This document shows positions 1 to 11,843 of a DNA stretch of 45,052 nucleotides, piece after piece. Both the position numbers and the translations under genes were made by a program. Numbering within the stretch: the stretch's first letter is position 1; each line of letters begins with the position of its first letter. Source of the stretch: Guillardia theta CCMP2712 (Eukaryota > Protista > Cryptophyta). The stretch lies in the NCBI RefSeq assembly GCF_000315625.1, contig NW_005434623.1, positions 336,458-381,509 on the forward strand, written 5' to 3'. The notes beneath the pieces were generated by a model. The model saw only the letters and a program-made list of their open reading frames with translations. It made no database searches and was not told the DNA's origin.

Positions 1-125
1 TGTCCCTCTCCTCTCCTCTCCTCTCCTCTCCTCTCCTCTCCTCTCCTCTCCTCTCCTCTCCTCTCCTCTCCTCTCCTCTCCTCTCCTCTCCTCTCCTCTC
101 CTCTCCTCTCCTCTCCTCTCCTTCT
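1..125 (+). repeat. (CTCCT)n microsatellite in an intron of the UTP4 gene
   Basis: Pure 5-bp pyrimidine repeat ending just before the acceptor ttcag at 131-135. Confidence 0.95.
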
Positions 126-135
126 CTCCTTTCAG

Positions 136-1657
136 TTCGAAGTTTTCTCCGCGGGTATCGACGGTCGTGTGGTCCACTACAGGCGCATCATCGAGGCAGC
201 AGACGCAGACGAAACAAGTCCAGCTGTCTTCAGCTGGGTTGTTGCTGGAGCCTCCCGCTTTCACACACACGACATCCGCTGCCTGTGCCTGGCCGGATCG
301 TTCTTCGCTCCCTCCTCCAAGGACATCAACGGCAAGTATGTCCCCACAGCCGACCCCTCACACCCGCATGCTCGGGAGGCGGCAAAGCTCGACTACAGCC
401 GGCTGCATCGATGCATTGTGAGCGGAGGGGTGGACACTCAGATGTGTCTGTACACCTACGAGCACTACGATCACAACAAGACCGTCAAGCTCGCCCTCGG
501 GAAGGGCAAGACAGCCAACGCCATCATGGCATCCATCCGCCTTCCTCCTTGGCCAGCCCAGCCGTGTGTGGCAGTGAGCGGGAGGGTGACGGTGAAGGAG
601 GGAGAGAATGGGAGGAGCGGGGAGGGGGGGCACAAACATCAAGAAGTGAGGATGTTGTCATGGCAGTCAGACGGACTTGACATGTGGAGATGGGAGGTAT
701 GACCCCTCCCAACCCTCCTCCTCCTGCTTGCCCTACCCCTCCTCCTCCTCCTGCTTGCCCTACCCCTCCTCCTCCTCCTGCTTGCCCTACCCCTCTTCCT
801 CCTCCTGCTTGCCCTACCCCTCCTCCTCCTCCCGCTTGCCCTACCCCTCTTCCTCCTCCCGCTTGCCCTACCCCTCTTCCTCCTCCCGCTTGCCCTACCC
901 CTCCTCCTTGTACCCGCCCTGCTCCCTCGTTGCTCCCTCCCCCACCCCTCCTCCTCACTGTCCCTCCAGGTGACGTCTCGGGGATCCGTCGGCTCTGACC
1001 GCGAGTGGGTCGAGGAGCCAAAGTATGCACTCAGAATCAACACGCTTGCCAACGACAACATCTCTTGCGCCTCCATCTCTTCCGACGGCCGCAGGGTGGC
1101 ATGTGGACACAACTCTCGATTGTCGCTCTATGACGTCAGGACCATCCATGGCTCCCTCGACGTTCGGAAGCTGAAGCTCCCCAAGAAAGTTGGGGAGAGA
1201 GGAGCGCAGGCTGTTCAATTCCTCCCCGACTCCACTCGGCTCGTCGTTGTTCAGAGCTCTGGAGATGTCTGCATGTTGGACGTGAACACTCTGGAGATCA
1301 TAAGAAAGTTCTCCTCTTCTTCTTCTTCATCATCATCGTGCGAGCAAGCTGGGATCGTAAAGATGGCACTTAATGCCGAGGGGACGTGGATGGCAACATG
1401 CGATCTGGGAGGAAGAATCAAAGTCTGGTCACTAGCTGAGGAGGAGGAGGACGACGACGAGGTGAAGCCCGTTGAGGTTTCGAACCTCTCCGGTGGGGTG
1501 ACGGCGTTGCGATTTCTTCCTGAGAACGCAGCTGTAAAGGTGAGGAACGAGGAAGAAGAGAAGGGACGAGAGAGGCAGGAGGTAAATGAGGTGTAGAGGT
1601 CCTGGGCAAATACATCGAGTAGGAAGAGAACACATATGAAGAGCAGACGAGGACGAG

Positions 1658-1731
<74 letters not shown>

Positions 1732-2893
1732 GTGGAGGTGGAGGACAAGGAGCAGCAGCATTTGGTGGACATGAAGAAGAAAATAACGTGCTCGCAGGAC
1801 TCTCTCGTCATCGCAACCTCCGACAACAAGGTTTTTCTCTACGATTTAAAAGATCAGGCGCTCACCAACATCAATGTAAGTTCCTTCTTCCTCCCACTCC
1901 CCTCCTCTGTTCTCTTCCCTTGATCCTCCCCACCCTCTCCACCCTCTCCACCTCCTCTCGTCCTCCTCTCTACCCCCTCTCGTCCTCTTCGCTTTACTCT
2001 CCTCCCTCCTCCTGTTTCTTTGTTCTTGTTCCCTTTCTCTTTCTCGTTTGCTATGCACTCTCGCTATCTTCCCTCCCTCTCCTCTCTGCTCCTCCCTTCG
2101 CTGCTCCTTTTCCTCCTCATCCTTCTCCTGCTCCCGCTGTAACCTTGAACGTGTTCTCATGATACAAGCAGGACGGACATGCGGGAAAGAGAGGGAACTA
2201 CTTCTCCGGGTACTCTCATTCTTGCACTGGAATTACCTTCAATCCAACCCAACCCAACAGTATGATCCTGTGGGGGTAAGACATGCTTTCCTGTTCTGCT
2301 CCCGCCTCCTCTGTTGTCCTCCTCTTTTCCTGCCTTCCCGCCTCCCTCTCCTTCTCCCGCTCTCCTAGCATTGCTCATCCACCCATAGCATCCGCAAAAC
2401 CCCCTTCCTGCCATCTTCTTTCCTCACCTTACGTGCTCTCTACTTCTCTCCTTCCCTTCTCATCCTCCTGGTCCTCCCGCGAGCTCACTGACCCTCTCCT
2501 AGGCACTCCTTCCTGTGCCATGTGGATCTCGACAAGCAGCAGCAGCAGCAGCAGCAGCAGCATGCAGCCGCACAGGAGGAGGCTGCTCCCTCCAAGAACT
2601 CACAGGTAATGGCCAAACATAGGAGGTCGAGGAGAACGAGGTGGACGAGGACGAGGAGGACGAGGAGGATGAGGATGAGGACGAGGAGAAGCAGGCTGAT
2701 TTTGTTGCTGCAGAAGTCAAGAAAGCGCAATAGGTCGGACTACGAGCATGGGGATAGAGAAGGAGACTACGGGCACCTCGACAACTTTAAGATCATCAGG
2801 AAATACGGACCTCTGCTGTCAGCCGAATTCCTCAGGTTCGCAGCATTTCTCCCGTCGCCTTGTTCCTTCTTGATCAACAATACGGGCAACACG

Positions 2894-2962
<69 letters not shown>

Positions 2963-3133
2963 GTATCTCAACTAACGAAATTCTTTCTTGCAACACAGCG
3001 GTCACAATCTTCTATTGGTGGAAAGGTGATGGACCCCCTTGCTCCTCCTCTTGTCTCATGCTGCTGCAGGCCCTGGCTGCAAGTTCTTCCTCGTCTGGGA
3101 GGTACCCTAGCAAGGAAGCGATTCGGAAAGTAG
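136..3133 (+). CDS. UTP4: U3 snoRNA-associated protein 4 (UTP4/cirhin), WD40; 5' end lies outside the window; about 8 exons visible
   Basis: Spliced reading gives FSAGIDGRVV, HTHDIRCL, SGGVDTQMC, several WD40 blades, NFKIIRKYGPLLSAEFL, LLLVER-PWLQVLPRLGGTLARKRFGK*, matching UTP4 family motifs. Approximate exons: 136-696, 970-1539, 1798-1875, ~2170-2275, 2503-2604, 2714-2835, 2999-3025, 3070-3133. Confidence 0.85.
705..910 (+). repeat. 27-bp intronic minisatellite (ccctacccctcctcctcctcctgcttg), about 7 copies
   Basis: Direct tandem copies between the donor at 697 and the acceptor at 969; this explains the PTPPPPPAC shadow ORFs. Confidence 0.9.
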
Positions 3134-3322
3134 AGAAAATGGAGAAGCTGTTTAAATACTAGGAATGAAAAGCATCAATGTCCTTCTTTCCTTTCTTCTT
3201 TTCCTTCTTCTCTCTCATTGGCTCAAAGCTACAACTACACGTCTTCGCTCGCTCGCTCTCACGTACGGTAACTTGTATCAGTAGAGGAGCAGAACAAGTG
3301 TCAGCTATCATCCTTCCACACC

Positions 3323-5668
3323 TCACTCTCCTCCCGCCGTCTCGAAGTCATACGAACTCTGGAGCTTCTCAGACCTCTTGGGGAATTTTGGGCCGGGCCG
3401 TCGAGGAGACAGCAAGCCTCCGTCCTCCCCTCCCTCCGTCCCCTCCCCGAGCCCAAAGATCGCCTTCAGCTCCAGCTCCGTGTCCAGCTCCAGCTGGAAA
3501 GAGGCTCGAGGCTTACTGGAGGCCCTTCTGAATTGATGGCCCCAGCGGGGAGGGGAGGAGAAGCTTGAATCCTCATGTCCTCCCGCAAACATCGGAGACT
3601 CAGCTCGAGCCATTGGGCTGCTTGTCTCCGATCCCGACCCTCCTCCCTCAGTCTCGCATTTGCGCAGGAACCTGATCCACTTCTGGGTCTGAACGTCATC
3701 GTCCCCGACCTCCTGCCGGCGGATGTTGAGCGCGAGCTCCAGGATCCTCTTGGCGTCGACGAAGTTGAAGTTCTCGTAGTGCGTCAGCCCGATCTGAGTG
3801 TACACGGTCGAGAGCTCCAGGCGCGAGATGTGCGGTACCATTTCAGGAGGAGGCCACTCAACCTGCGAGCCCCCATGAAGGCTCTCGATGATGCTGATGG
3901 CTCGGTTGAGGGTGTCGAGAGCGATGTATGACTCGTAGCCGTTCCTCTTCCTCCTCTGCAGCCCTCCCAGCTCGATGAGCTTCAGCGCCAGCTCCGTCAT
4001 GGCTGCCCTCAGCTTCTCCCTCACCTCAGTCGCGTTTACGTCGACGTTTCCAAGCATCCTCTTGATCTCGACCTTGGCTTGCAGCAGCTCTTGTTTCGTC
4101 CTTTTCAGGTCAGCATCGACTGCGTACTTGGCTTCCTGCCACTGGCTCACCCGACTCTTCTGCTCGAAGATCTCGTCCTGCAGGATTTTCACGTGCGCTT
4201 CGAACGCGCTGGCGATCTGCTGGAGGTCGGAGAAATGGTTCAGCTTCTCTGTTTCTATCTGGTAGCTCCTGGAGAATCTGCTCCTCTTCGTCTCCACCCC
4301 ATGGTACTCAATGAAGATCGACAGCGGGTCTGAGCACATGGAGTCCACTTTCTCCTTGAGCTCCATGATCTGCCTTCGCTGCGACTCGATCAGCGTCAGC
4401 CCGGGGTCAATCTGCTTCTTCGTCTTGCGCTCCTCACTGATGATCTGACGGCAAGTAGCCACCTCCTTCTGAATGTTGCGGTACTTGCTGAGGAGGGTCT
4501 GATACCTGCTGTCCTCCAAGACCTTGTTCTCATGGTTCTTCTTCATCTCGACGTCACGCCCGAACCTTGATTTCGATCTCTCGCTGTTGAACTCCAGCAT
4601 CTTGTCTCTCAGCTCAATCTCTCCCTTCAGCTCCACAATCTCACGCTGCAGCTCTATGATCTCGAGCTTCGCGTCGTTGAAGTTGAGTTGTGCTTCTATG
4701 AGCTGCTCGCTCACCGACTTCTCAGCTCTGCTCTGCTCACTGATGGCTTCAAGAACCTGCGCTGACTTTGCCATGGCAAGCTCTTCCTTCAAGCTCAAGA
4801 TCTTCGACTCGTACATCTGAAACCTCTCCACAACCTCAGCAGAGATCGAGCTCGGAAAAGAAGAAGCGTCCGGCAGGTGGTTGTGACTGTTACTCTTGAC
4901 CAAGAACTTGGGCGTCTGTTGATGTTGTGCTGGGGTCTGCTGGACTTTGAACTTGAGGTCATGGATTTCATCCTGAAGTTCAGAATTTCTCAATCTCAGC
5001 TCTTCGAGTTCGTTGTTGAGCTCTTGGATTTTCTGTGACGTCTCTGAATTCTGGGCGACAGTGTCTTTGTTCCGCTCAGTGAAGCCTTTGAGCACGGAGA
5101 GAACTTGATTCCGCTTGACCTCTGGCTTGCGGCTCTTCCCAGGTGATGCTGGTCCAACTCTCCTCGTCGGTCTGGGAGTCAGAGGCTCAACTCTCACCTT
5201 GTCCTCGCTCCTGGCTGAGATGGGAGGCTGAGCAAAGCTCTGGCTGATCACAGCATCCATCCTCTCGGGCTTGTTGGAGAGGATCTTGAGGTTCTCGATC
5301 TGAAGGTCCTTCTCGAAGATCTTCTTCCTCGCGTCAAACAGCTCCGCTGTCAGCACAGCTATCCGCCTCCTCCTCGAGTCTAAGAGCCTGCTCATCTCCC
5401 CCATCCTAATCTTTGTAATGGTTGAGTCTTTGACGAGACCGCTGTCGTCCTCCACAACGTTGTTAGGATCCGAGGGATCAAACTCGGTTGACGCGTCTCC
5501 GTAAGAATAATCTAGAAACGACTCCTCCTCCCTCTCAGCTCTCCTGTTTTGTTGCTGTGGAGATATAAAAGTCCGAGCAGAGTGTGCTCGCTGAACGCCG
5601 GGCGCGCGAGTGCGGGAGGAAGGATGGGGTGAATGGTTCGAATTCATTTTCACCCTCTTGACAGGCAT
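3323..5668 (-). CDS. Intronless 781-aa coiled-coil protein with a C-terminal TPR (kinesin-light-chain-like) repeat
   Basis: Long uninterrupted ORF with E/K/L-rich heptads; LSTVYTQIGLTHYENFNFVDAKRILELALNIRRQEVG resembles a TPR. Confidence 0.8.
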   Translation of the reverse strand: MPVKRVKMNSNHSPHPSSRTRAPGVQRAHSARTFISPQQQNRRAEREEESFLDYSYGDASTEFDPSDPNNVVEDDSGLVKDSTITKIRMGEMSRLLDSRRRRIAVLTAELFDARKKIFEKDLQIENLKILSNKPERMDAVISQSFAQPPISARSEDKVRVEPLTPRPTRRVGPASPGKSRKPEVKRNQVLSVLKGFTERNKDTVAQNSETSQKIQELNNELEELRLRNSELQDEIHDLKFKVQQTPAQHQQTPKFLVKSNSHNHLPDASSFPSSISAEVVERFQMYESKILSLKEELAMAKSAQVLEAISEQSRAEKSVSEQLIEAQLNFNDAKLEIIELQREIVELKGEIELRDKMLEFNSERSKSRFGRDVEMKKNHENKVLEDSRYQTLLSKYRNIQKEVATCRQIISEERKTKKQIDPGLTLIESQRRQIMELKEKVDSMCSDPLSIFIEYHGVETKRSRFSRSYQIETEKLNHFSDLQQIASAFEAHVKILQDEIFEQKSRVSQWQEAKYAVDADLKRTKQELLQAKVEIKRMLGNVDVNATEVREKLRAAMTELALKLIELGGLQRRKRNGYESYIALDTLNRAISIIESLHGGSQVEWPPPEMVPHISRLELSTVYTQIGLTHYENFNFVDAKRILELALNIRRQEVGDDDVQTQKWIRFLRKCETEGGGSGSETSSPMARAESPMFAGGHEDSSFSSPPRWGHQFRRASSKPRASFQLELDTELELKAIFGLGEGTEGGEDGGLLSPRRPGPKFPKRSEKLQSSYDFETAGGE

Positions 5669-5934
5669 CAGTGCTTTAGGAAGCCTCAGGTCCTGCTAAG
5701 CAACTTGGAGCAACAGTGAAGATATTACAGATATGCTGCGATGTAGTTCAGACTTTCTGTTCCTTCACAGGGATTTCTAGTCAGCTCAGATGTTTGTGTT
5801 CATCTATCAGGTTGTTCTTTGCATCTTTCTCTTTCTGTCATCTTCGCGCATTCCGAGCCACTTCCCCTCCTTCAAGGCTCATCAACTAGCCGCGTGCGGT
5901 GCATCGCCGTTGGTTCTTAGGGCCAATACTGCCA

Positions 5935-6260
5935 AACACCCACCCCCTTTCTCCCCACCCTACCCCCATCCTAGCAAGGTCCGAAGATGAGCTACCCTCT
6001 CAAAGTTCAATCTCAGGGGGTCGTATCAACATTCTGGTACTGCGAGGCTGACTCAAAAGTACCACTGGGGCTGCCTTGGAACTTTAATATTATTATTGAA
6101 CCACCCCTACCCCCTGAGCTCATGGCCTCGGAAGTGTCGAGGGGTCACCGTCCACGACAAGGCTGATTTACTGAGTTCAAGTGCTGAGGGCCACCCGGCG
6201 GGCGCGGCCCGGCGGCGGCGGGCCGCCGCCCGGCCGCCCGGCGGGCGGGCCCGTGCAGCA
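5935..6260 (-). promoter_or_regulatory. Bipartite intergenic element: CCCTACCC block plus GC-only palindromic block
   Basis: ccccaccctacccc near 5955 and ccacccctacccc near 6101, followed by an almost pure G/C tract at 6188-6255; lies between divergent genes. Confidence 0.5.
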
Positions 6261-6521
6261 GCACCGGACCATCAAGCTAGCTGATGACTAAAGTAAAAAT
6301 CCGGAGCATGCAAGGTGACGACGAGCTGGGGGGGGATGAGGGAAACAGAGAAGTTGGAAGAAGAGAGCGATGATGAGGCAGGATAGAAGGGAGTGTGTAA
6401 AGATGGAACTGGCAGGAGTGGACAGAGAGAGGGAAACAGACGCGATGTCAAACATTGATCCATGTCGGCAGGAGCTCTAAGGCTGGCATGTAGTCACATG
6501 TAACGAGGAGGAGAAGGCGAC

Positions 6522-9195
6522 ATGGTGAAGTATCTCAAAGCCCTGATGCTTGGGATGCTGGTCGTGATCCCCCCAGCTGTGGTGTACTACCAGACCGTGC
6601 TCAGTGGCACCTTGGCCTCCCCCATCCTCGAGGCGAAGGCCAGTCACTTAGGAAAGATGCGCACTGAACCAGAGCCTTCAAGACGTCGACGAAGATGGGT
6701 GGTCGGTCTCCAACGATGGTGTAACCGTCAGTTCTGACCTGCCATGGACAGGACGAGAGTGGATCTCTGCACCAGGAGCTCGTTGACCTCAGCGAGTTCT
6801 TGAAGGGCAAGGCACGAACGCTGCCTCCTAGGGTGGCTAAAGTTTGTGGCATGCAAGATGAGCAGAGGCAGCTGTTCAAGGTTGGGCGGGAGGACATGCG
6901 GAGTTGGCATGACGCTGGAGCAGGAGATGGAGTACAATGTTGGATCCATACCTGGCTACGGAGAGTTTAAGCATGTCGGTAAGAGCCAGCTGCTATACTT
7001 GTGCTGCTACTTGTGCTGCTACTCATGCTGCCCCCGAACCCGAATCCGCCATCGCTCCTCCTCCTCCTCCTCCTCAGCTTCTCTTCTTGCCCCTCCTCCT
7101 TGGATTTGGTGGTTTCTTGACACCTACATGTCAGAGCGAGAGGAGAAGCACGTGAAATATCTATTGAGCCTCCACAACCCCCAGGAAGACGCGGTTGTGA
7201 GCAAGGGGATCTTGATGCATCTGTTTAGCCCTGAAGGAACCTATCCAAGGTGTTCTGTGTGCTAGTGTGGGGGCGAGAGAAGGGATGAGAACCTGGAAGA
7301 TAGTGTGGATAGAGGAAGAGAGGAAGCAGTAGAGACAGCGAAAAAGAGGAAAGGGAGAGAAGGAGGAGCGGATGGGACGAGAAAGATGACGAAATTTCCT
7401 CAGTGTGACTGAAGTCCATGCCCTTTGCGACGGCGTTCCGTCCTTGGGACCCCAAGGCAGCAGAGGCGAGGAAGAGGATGAGAAAGGAACAACAAAGAGG
7501 AGCTCATTGATCAGCTGCAGTCCAGGTTACTCATCAATGTTGTCTTCGCCATGAATATCTCCTCCTCAGCACCCGTGTTTGAACTCTGCTTCTCTTCCTG
7601 AACTTACTGCTGGCTCTGCTGCATTGAATGACTCGCTTCTGCCTGTTGTCTGCTTCTTTACGATCTGCTACAGGGAAGACGGCAGTGGAGGTTGGGAGCT
7701 CCATCGGCATGATCAGTATGTACTTGGCAGCGAGAGGGATGAAGGTGCACGCGCTTGATCCAGTTCAACCGAATCTTCAGGTTGAGGAGGAGGAGGAGGA
7801 GGAGGAGGAGGAGGAGGAGGAGGAGGAGGAGGAGGAGGAGGAGGAGGAGGAGGAGGAGGAGGAGGAGGAGGAGGAGGAGGAGGAGGAGGAGGAGGAGGNN
7901 NNNNNNNNNNNNNNNNNNNNNNNNNNNNNNNNNNNNNNNNNNNNNNNNNNNNNNNNNNNNNNNNNNNNNNNNNNNNNNNNNNNNNNNNNNNNNNNNNNGG
8001 AGGAGGAGGAGGAGGAGGAGAAGGAGCAAGAGGAAGTGGAGGAGGAAGATTGTTGAAGCTGCTGCAGAGGCTCAACGAGAGTATCTGCCTCAACTCTTTC
8101 CGCAACTGCCTGAGGTCCAGCGCTCCTGATGGGCGGATTTCTTCCTCCTCCTCGTGCTTCGACTCCTCCGCCTTGCGCTCCTTCGCTGGTCGGGTCAAAG
8201 TCCATCACTCCCTCGTCGCCTCCTCCTCGGGCGATCGCCTCCCTGTGCAGACGCAGCCCAGGAACTTAGCGTCAACCCTCCCAACGCAGCAGGCAGGAGC
8301 AACGTACTCAGCGATGGTTAGCGAGTGGAAGGGTAGGACGAGGAGGAGTGAGATGCAGAGCAGGTCAAGACGATAGCGCTGGACGACATAGAGATGGAGG
8401 AGGTAGAGCTGCTGCACGTCACAAGTCAGGTTGGTAACCTTAAGGTGGGAGAGAGCTGGTCTGATCCGTCTCTTGCTCCAGGGAGACGAGTACAAGGCCT
8501 TTCTCGGGGCGAAGAGACTCTTTGAGTGAGTGGAGGGCAGGAAGGAAGAGAACAAGAGGAAGAGGAAGAGGGGGAGGAAGAGAGGGAGGAAGAGAGGGAG
8601 GAAGAGGAAGAGGAAGAGAGGAGGGAGACTCGTGCTGATGAGGACAGTGAGGGCAAGGTCAAGAACGTTGTTTTCATGATGTACTTCCTCAAAGATGATG
8701 AGGACGGGAGGTGAGAGGAAACCGAGAGCAAGCCGCCTGGGCCTCTTACCCTCCAGCAGGGAGCAAGAGATTCAAGACAGCTTGAAATCGATCCGCTTCC
8801 TCCGCAAATACGGGTGAGAACATCATCGTCCTTTGCTCGCCGCTCAACACTTCCGCCCAGATTCAGCTTCTACAACATCGAGGGATGCGGCAGGGCGCAG
8901 CGCGGATTCTTCTCAGGACCTGGTACTTGCATGCTGTGCTAGTCTCCTCCACCGTCCCTTGCTCGTTCCTCTCCTCGTCTCCCCCGTGGTCTCTCGGTCT
9001 CACTGTCGTCCAGCCCTGATCCCTTGGGAGCAAGTGGAGGAGTATGTGAAGAAGCCTCGAGAGACAGGAGCTCATCCAACCATCCTCGCCTCACGGACGC
9101 GCGTGGATGGTCTGAACCAAGTTCTTCAAGATAAACTCAACCAGAAGGAGGAGAAAGAGAAGCAGAGGGCCAGAGAGAGTGAGAGTGTAAACTAG
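6522..9195 (+). CDS. FkbM-family SAM-dependent methyltransferase with N-terminal membrane anchor, multi-exon
   Basis: N-terminal hydrophobic LMLGMLVVIPPAVVYY; motif I TAVEVGSSIGMISMYLAARGMKVHALDPVQPN; later GDEYKAFLGAKRL and VKNVVFM are typical of FkbM proteins. Exon structure is approximate. Confidence 0.7.
7784..8020 (+). repeat. (GAG)n intronic microsatellite containing a 100-N assembly gap (7899-7998)
   Basis: Directly visible; follows the donor cag|gttgag. Confidence 0.95.
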
Positions 9196-9308
9196 CCAGG
9201 AGGACAGAAATAATGAACAGGAGGAGCATCACGCCGCTTGAGGTGCATCTTTTATTCTGATCGCTTGTGTCCCTGCAAAACAAGGGAAGATGAGGCAGAG
9301 CATCTGCG

Positions 9309-10559
9309 CTAGCACTTCCAAATGCGGCACGTGTTATCCTTGGACCCAGTGATGATGGTGTCACCCTCGTAGTTGAACGCGCAGGAGAAGATCTCGTCTA
9401 TATGTCCTTCTAGGATCTGCAGGCACTCCCCGGTATCGCTCGACCAGATGTGGCAGGTCTTGTCACTGCTCGCCGTGATGATCTTGGTTCCTTGCGGATT
9501 GAAGCACACCTTTGAGATCTCCCCTTCGTGCCCGACAAGGATGGACACGCACGCGCCAGTCATGGTGTTGTATACTCGCGCTGTCCCGTCCGCTGACGCC
9601 GTCACCAGTCGGCTTCCGGTGGCGTTGAAGGAGACATCGAGGATCTCGTCGCTGTGACCTCGCAAGGTATTGATGCACTGCCCTGACTTCACATCCCAAA
9701 GTTTGCACGTGCGATCAATGGACCCGGTGATGCACTTGCCTCCCTCCCAATCGAACTGGCAGCTGGAGATTTCTCCTCTATGACCCTGGAAGGTGTGGAT
9801 GCAACGACCCGACCTCACATCCCACAGTTTTGTCGTGTGATCAAAAGAACCAGTGATGAGCTTGTCTCCTGTCTGGTTGAAACTCAAACTGACAATCTCT
9901 GCCGTATGTCCAATCAGCGTGCAGAGCTCTACGCCAGTCTCGGTATCCCATAACTTTGCTGTGTTGTCCATGGACCCTGTGGAGATGATGGAGCCCTGAG
10001 GATTGAAGGACAAGCAGACGATCTCCGTGGCATGACCTCTCAATGTGTGGTACAGCTCCCCAGTCTCTGAGTTCCATACTTTGCAAGTCTTGTCAAAAGA
10101 ACCCGTGATCACTTTGTCGCCATAAGGATTGTTGAATGCAATGGCGTAAACGACATTCTTGTGGCCTTCCAGTGTGAGAAGCTCCTCACCAGTCAGGGTG
10201 TTCCAGACTTTGCAGGTTCTGTCGTAGGATCCCGTAATGAACTTGTCCCCGTTCTTGTTGAATGCACAATTAGTCAAAGGAAGAATGTGGGCTCGAAGAA
10301 TTTTGAAGAGATAGAACTGCTGACTCTCCTGGCAGTCTTGTTTTTCGATGAGTTTGTAAAGAAGCTTTCTGACATGCGGGCGTTTTGATTCAGTGATCAA
10401 GGGTTCTTGACGCACAATGCGATTGAGCAAGACCTCCACGTCAGTCTCAACCGTGAGATCGAGCAAGTCGATGGTCTTCTGTTTCAGCTCTGCGTTAGTC
10501 TCGTATTCAAGAATAATACCAGGAGGATAGTAACGAAGTAGAAATCTCTTGAGCTTCAT
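9309..10559 (-). CDS. DAW1: Dynein assembly factor with WD repeats 1 (ODA16/WDR69), intronless, 416 aa
   Basis: Diagnostic start [19 protein letters not shown], then [15 protein letters not shown], eight WD40 repeats, and end [12 protein letters not shown]. Confidence 0.97.
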   Translation of the reverse strand: MKLKRFLLRYYPPGIILEYETNAELKQKTIDLLDLTVETDVEVLLNRIVRQEPLITESKRPHVRKLLYKLIEKQDCQESQQFYLFKILRAHILPLTNCAFNKNGDKFITGSYDRTCKVWNTLTGEELLTLEGHKNVVYAIAFNNPYGDKVITGSFDKTCKVWNSETGELYHTLRGHATEIVCLSFNPQGSIISTGSMDNTAKLWDTETGVELCTLIGHTAEIVSLSFNQTGDKLITGSFDHTTKLWDVRSGRCIHTFQGHRGEISSCQFDWEGGKCITGSIDRTCKLWDVKSGQCINTLRGHSDEILDVSFNATGSRLVTASADGTARVYNTMTGACVSILVGHEGEISKVCFNPQGTKIITASSDKTCHIWSSDTGECLQILEGHIDEIFSCAFNYEGDTIITGSKDNTCRIWKC

Positions 10560-11004
10560 GTTGAATCAATTCGAAGGGGACGGAGGCAGGCTAGACGTTT
10601 TCAACCCCTTCAACCCTTGGGTATTGAGCAGTCCTTGCACTAGAAATCTTGGAGTGCCCAAAGATTACTATCCTCTCTGATGTAACCTGAAGTCTTATGT
10701 GAACCGCTGCTCCGCTGACGAGCTTGTACTGTTCCCACCCTCTTTTTCGCAACACAACGCCTCCTGCTGCTTGCAGAATCAGAGTCAGACAGTGGTTTGG
10801 TATGCTTCCTGAATCTTTGAGAAGTGAGCAGCAATATGTCCAAAGTCTCTGCTCAAACACTTTCTACTTCCCTTCCTCTGCCTATACTTGCCTCCTGCTC
10901 TCCCTCGCTGGTACCTCTTGCTCCTCTCCTTGCTCCCTTTTCTGCCTGCTCTCGTCTCCTCGTTCCCGCTTTCCTTGATCAACCGAAAGAGAAAAATTCT
11001 GACT

Positions 11005-11745
11005 TGCCACCCCACCCACAATTTGATCAAATTGAATATTGAGTCCCAAAACTGCTTTTATATTTCAAACAGATAAATTAAATTTCAAGATATTGCACAA
11101 ATGTTTAACCTTGTCACCCACCCGATAATTCCATAGAGGACAACTTGGATACTTTTCTTTTTTCGTTTGAATTCTCGTCTCTGGTACCCCCTACCCCACA
11201 TCCTCCTGCTTCCTTCTCTCTACCCACCACCCCATCAAGTTTATACAGAACCCCCTATTGTTGATTACCACCCACCACCGGTTGCACAAAGGGAGAGGCT
11301 GAAGTTTGGAAACTATTTGAAGTTTTCACCATAAACTTAACTCTTTATCCAAAATGATTTCAAGATTCACGCCATAAATCTCTTGTGCTACCCAATTGTT
11401 TGGAGTACCCACCCTACATTTCAATTGCAGTGTTCTATGACAGGGGTACTGCCTGTCTGTACCTGCCCACCCCTACCCTATCGCTCAGTCTTCAGAGAGC
11501 CTCTGACCTGTCCTTCGATGAAACCCTCATACAGCAATGGCCCCTCATCCCCTAGCTTCCCCTAGCCGGCAGTCGCCAGGCAGGTCGCCAGGCCGGGCCC
11601 GTCGCCACTGAGGGGATCGGAGGGCCATGGGGCCATCCGATCCGGGCCGGGGCACCGGACTCGTACAGTACAGTACGGTCCGACTCGCCCGGCCGGGCGG
11701 CGGCCGCCCGGGCGTCGGCGGTGGTCACCGGGCGACCCGTTGACA
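11005..11745 (-). promoter_or_regulatory. Bipartite intergenic element: CCCTACCC/CCACCC block plus GC hairpin block
   Basis: Scattered ccacccc/cctacccc motifs in an AT-rich background at 11005-11480, then GC-rich inverted repeats at 11560-11745. Confidence 0.5.
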
Positions 11746-11843
11746 TTCCGTTCAAGGAGGCTCGGAGGCCTCATTCATTCTGTTTGTGGGAGCACAAAGT
11801 TAAACTGAATCATTGAATCATCTAACACTTGGCGGCAGCTTTT

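Noticed and set aside
524-1112. Pro-, Gly- and Arg-rich ORFs resembling extensin or collagen
   Set aside because: They are translations of an intronic 27-bp minisatellite.
7628-8208. Poly-E/R/P/L/S ORFs
   Set aside because: They are translations of an intronic GAG microsatellite spanning an assembly gap.
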